From Candidatus Annandia pinicola (GTDB lineage Bacteria > Pseudomonadota > Gammaproteobacteria > Enterobacterales > Enterobacteriaceae_A), in contig NZ_CP045876.1 of the NCBI RefSeq assembly GCF_020541245.1, positions 30,001 to 62,000 on the forward strand: a DNA stretch of 32,000 nucleotides, given 5' to 3'. Position numbers and translations under genes: made by a program. Under the pieces are notes generated by a model. That model was not told the origin of the DNA and did no database searches. It saw nothing but the letters and a program-made list of their open reading frames with translations. Below, piece by piece: positions 31,513 to 32,000 of this stretch. Every line of letters starts with the position of its first letter. The first letter of the stretch is position 1.

Positions 31513-32000
31513 ATGAAAATAATAACTAGATTTGCTCCAAGTCCGACTGGTTATCTTCATTTTGGTAATATGAGAACAGCTTTATATTCTTGGTTAATAG
31601 CTAAACATTATAATGGAAAATTTATTTTAAGAATAGAAGATACTGATATTAAAAGATCATCAAAAAAATATATAGATTATATTAAAAAAGATATGAAATG
31701 GTTAAAATTAAACTGGGACGAAGGACCATTTTTTCAAACAAATAGATTTAGATTATATAAAAAATATTTAAATTATATGATTAATAATAATATTGCATAT
31801 AAATGTTATTGTTCTAAAAAAAGATTATTAAAATTAAAAAAATATCAAATTAAAAATGGTATTAAACCTAAATACGATAATTATTGTTTAAAAAAAAAAA
31901 TTAAATATTCAAATAAATATTATGTTATACGTTTTAATAATCCAAAATATGGATATACTACTTTTAATGATCAAGTTTATGGTAATATTAAAATAAAAAA
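31513..32000 (+). CDS. gltX: Glutamate--tRNA ligase, N-terminal part (3' end lies outside the window)
   Basis: Not in the ORF track because it has no stop in the window. ATG 31513 is preceded by AAGGA. Translation [50 protein letters not shown] aligns with E. coli GltX [50 protein letters not shown]. The later AYKCYCSK also matches. Confidence 0.93.
   Translation, partial: [162 protein letters not shown]

Overview
This window is a contiguous stretch of core chromosome from an extremely A+T-rich, heavily reduced gammaproteobacterial genome. Gene order is Enterobacterales-like, so the host is probably an obligate intracellular insect symbiont of the Buchnera type; I cannot name the taxon from sequence alone. 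Conserved coding blocks reach roughly 30% G+C, while spacers fall to about 3% by my own count.

I can support 27 intact or near-intact protein genes and one eroded gene, all housekeeping:
- Plus strand: rplJ (3' part), rplL, rpoB, rpoC.
- Minus strand: purH (broken) and aroQ.
- Plus strand: rplM, rpsI, sspA, ibaG, rplU, rpmA, obg, greA, rlmE, ftsH, secG, infB, rbfA, truB, rpsO, pnp, deaD.
- Minus strand: argI/argF, valS, pepA.
- Plus strand: the 5' part of gltX, which runs off the window and is absent from the ORF track.

The standard genetic code fits. I see no rRNA, tRNA, CRISPR array, transposon, phage, toxin or defence genes. I do not find a novel accessory system here and will not invent one.

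What deserves a second look is genome-erosion biology:
1. purH is cut by two in-frame TAA codons exactly at its inter-domain linker. Its catalytic motifs are replaced in both halves, yet both halves stay open for 199 and 264 codons.
2. rpoC apparently initiates at an ATT codon 66 nt upstream of the first ATG.
3. pnp most likely initiates at a TTG codon behind a good SD, as in E. coli.
4. A 21-bp hairpin sits in the rplL-rpoB spacer, at the position of the classical attenuator.
5. A 747-bp ORF-free spacer of about 97% A+T lies at a synteny breakpoint between the divergent aroQ and rplM genes.
6. rimP and nusA are missing upstream of an N-terminally truncated infB that starts at a non-ATG codon.
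7. In-frame homopolymeric A tracts of 13 to 21 nt sit inside essential genes.
8. The E. coli rplM-to-deaD chromosomal segment is collapsed into 14 kb with tightly fused gene strings.
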